From Bugula neritina (taxonomy: Eukaryota; Animalia; Bryozoa): a stretch of DNA of 64,000 nt. The notes under the pieces are model-generated. The model made no database searches. It was not told where the DNA came from and saw nothing but the letters and a program-made list of their open reading frames with translations. The translations under genes were made by a program, and so were the position numbers. Shown one piece after another: positions 63,838-64,000 of the stretch (positions are counted from its first letter, which is position 1; the number at the start of each line of letters is the position of its first letter). Where the stretch lies: the NCBI GenBank assembly GCA_964035545.1, contig OZ037771.1, forward strand, positions 12,094,480-12,158,479, given 5' to 3'.

Positions 63838-64000
63838 CTAGAGAAAGAGAGAGTGGGAGAGGGGGGGGGGGGTGGGAGAGAAAGGTTAGGAGAGAGGATG
63901 GAAGAGAGATGGGGTAAAAGAGAAAAAGGGAGGGAGTCAGAGAGATAGTGGAAAAGGGAAGAGAGAAAGGTTAGGAGAGAGAGAAAGTGGGAAAGACGGA
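63838..64000. repeat. GA-rich polypurine low-complexity tract
   Basis: Seen directly. Confidence 0.85.

Overview
AT-rich, intron-rich animal (probably invertebrate) genomic DNA; the six-frame ORF track mostly catches single exons or microsatellite artefacts, so I built gene models by hand from GT-AG sites and phase continuity. Contents from left to right: (1) the last two exons of a CCK/sulfakinin-type GPCR. (2) A ~23-exon single-pass membrane protein gene with two LRR modules followed by Cys-rich/EGF-like modules (+, ~4.1-19.0 kb). (3) A tail-to-tail paralog that matches its last 10 exons one for one but appears to lack the LRRs (-, 20.1-26.3 kb, possibly to 29.6 kb). (4) The main find, a ~17 kb unit bracketed by a perfect 22-bp inverted repeat (31576-31597 / 48435-48456). 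It holds an apparently intact 17-exon KDZ (Kyakuja-Dileera-Zisupton) DDE transposase gene (+) facing an 8-exon gene (-) for a zinc-ribbon + Ser/Thr/Pro-repeat + chromodomain protein. (5) A right-hand region of decayed exon-like pieces and a Dong/R4-like LINE fragment. MITEs, tRNA-derived SINEs and microsatellites are scattered throughout. All family assignments come from motif recognition, not database searches, and exon boundaries may be off by a few bases.
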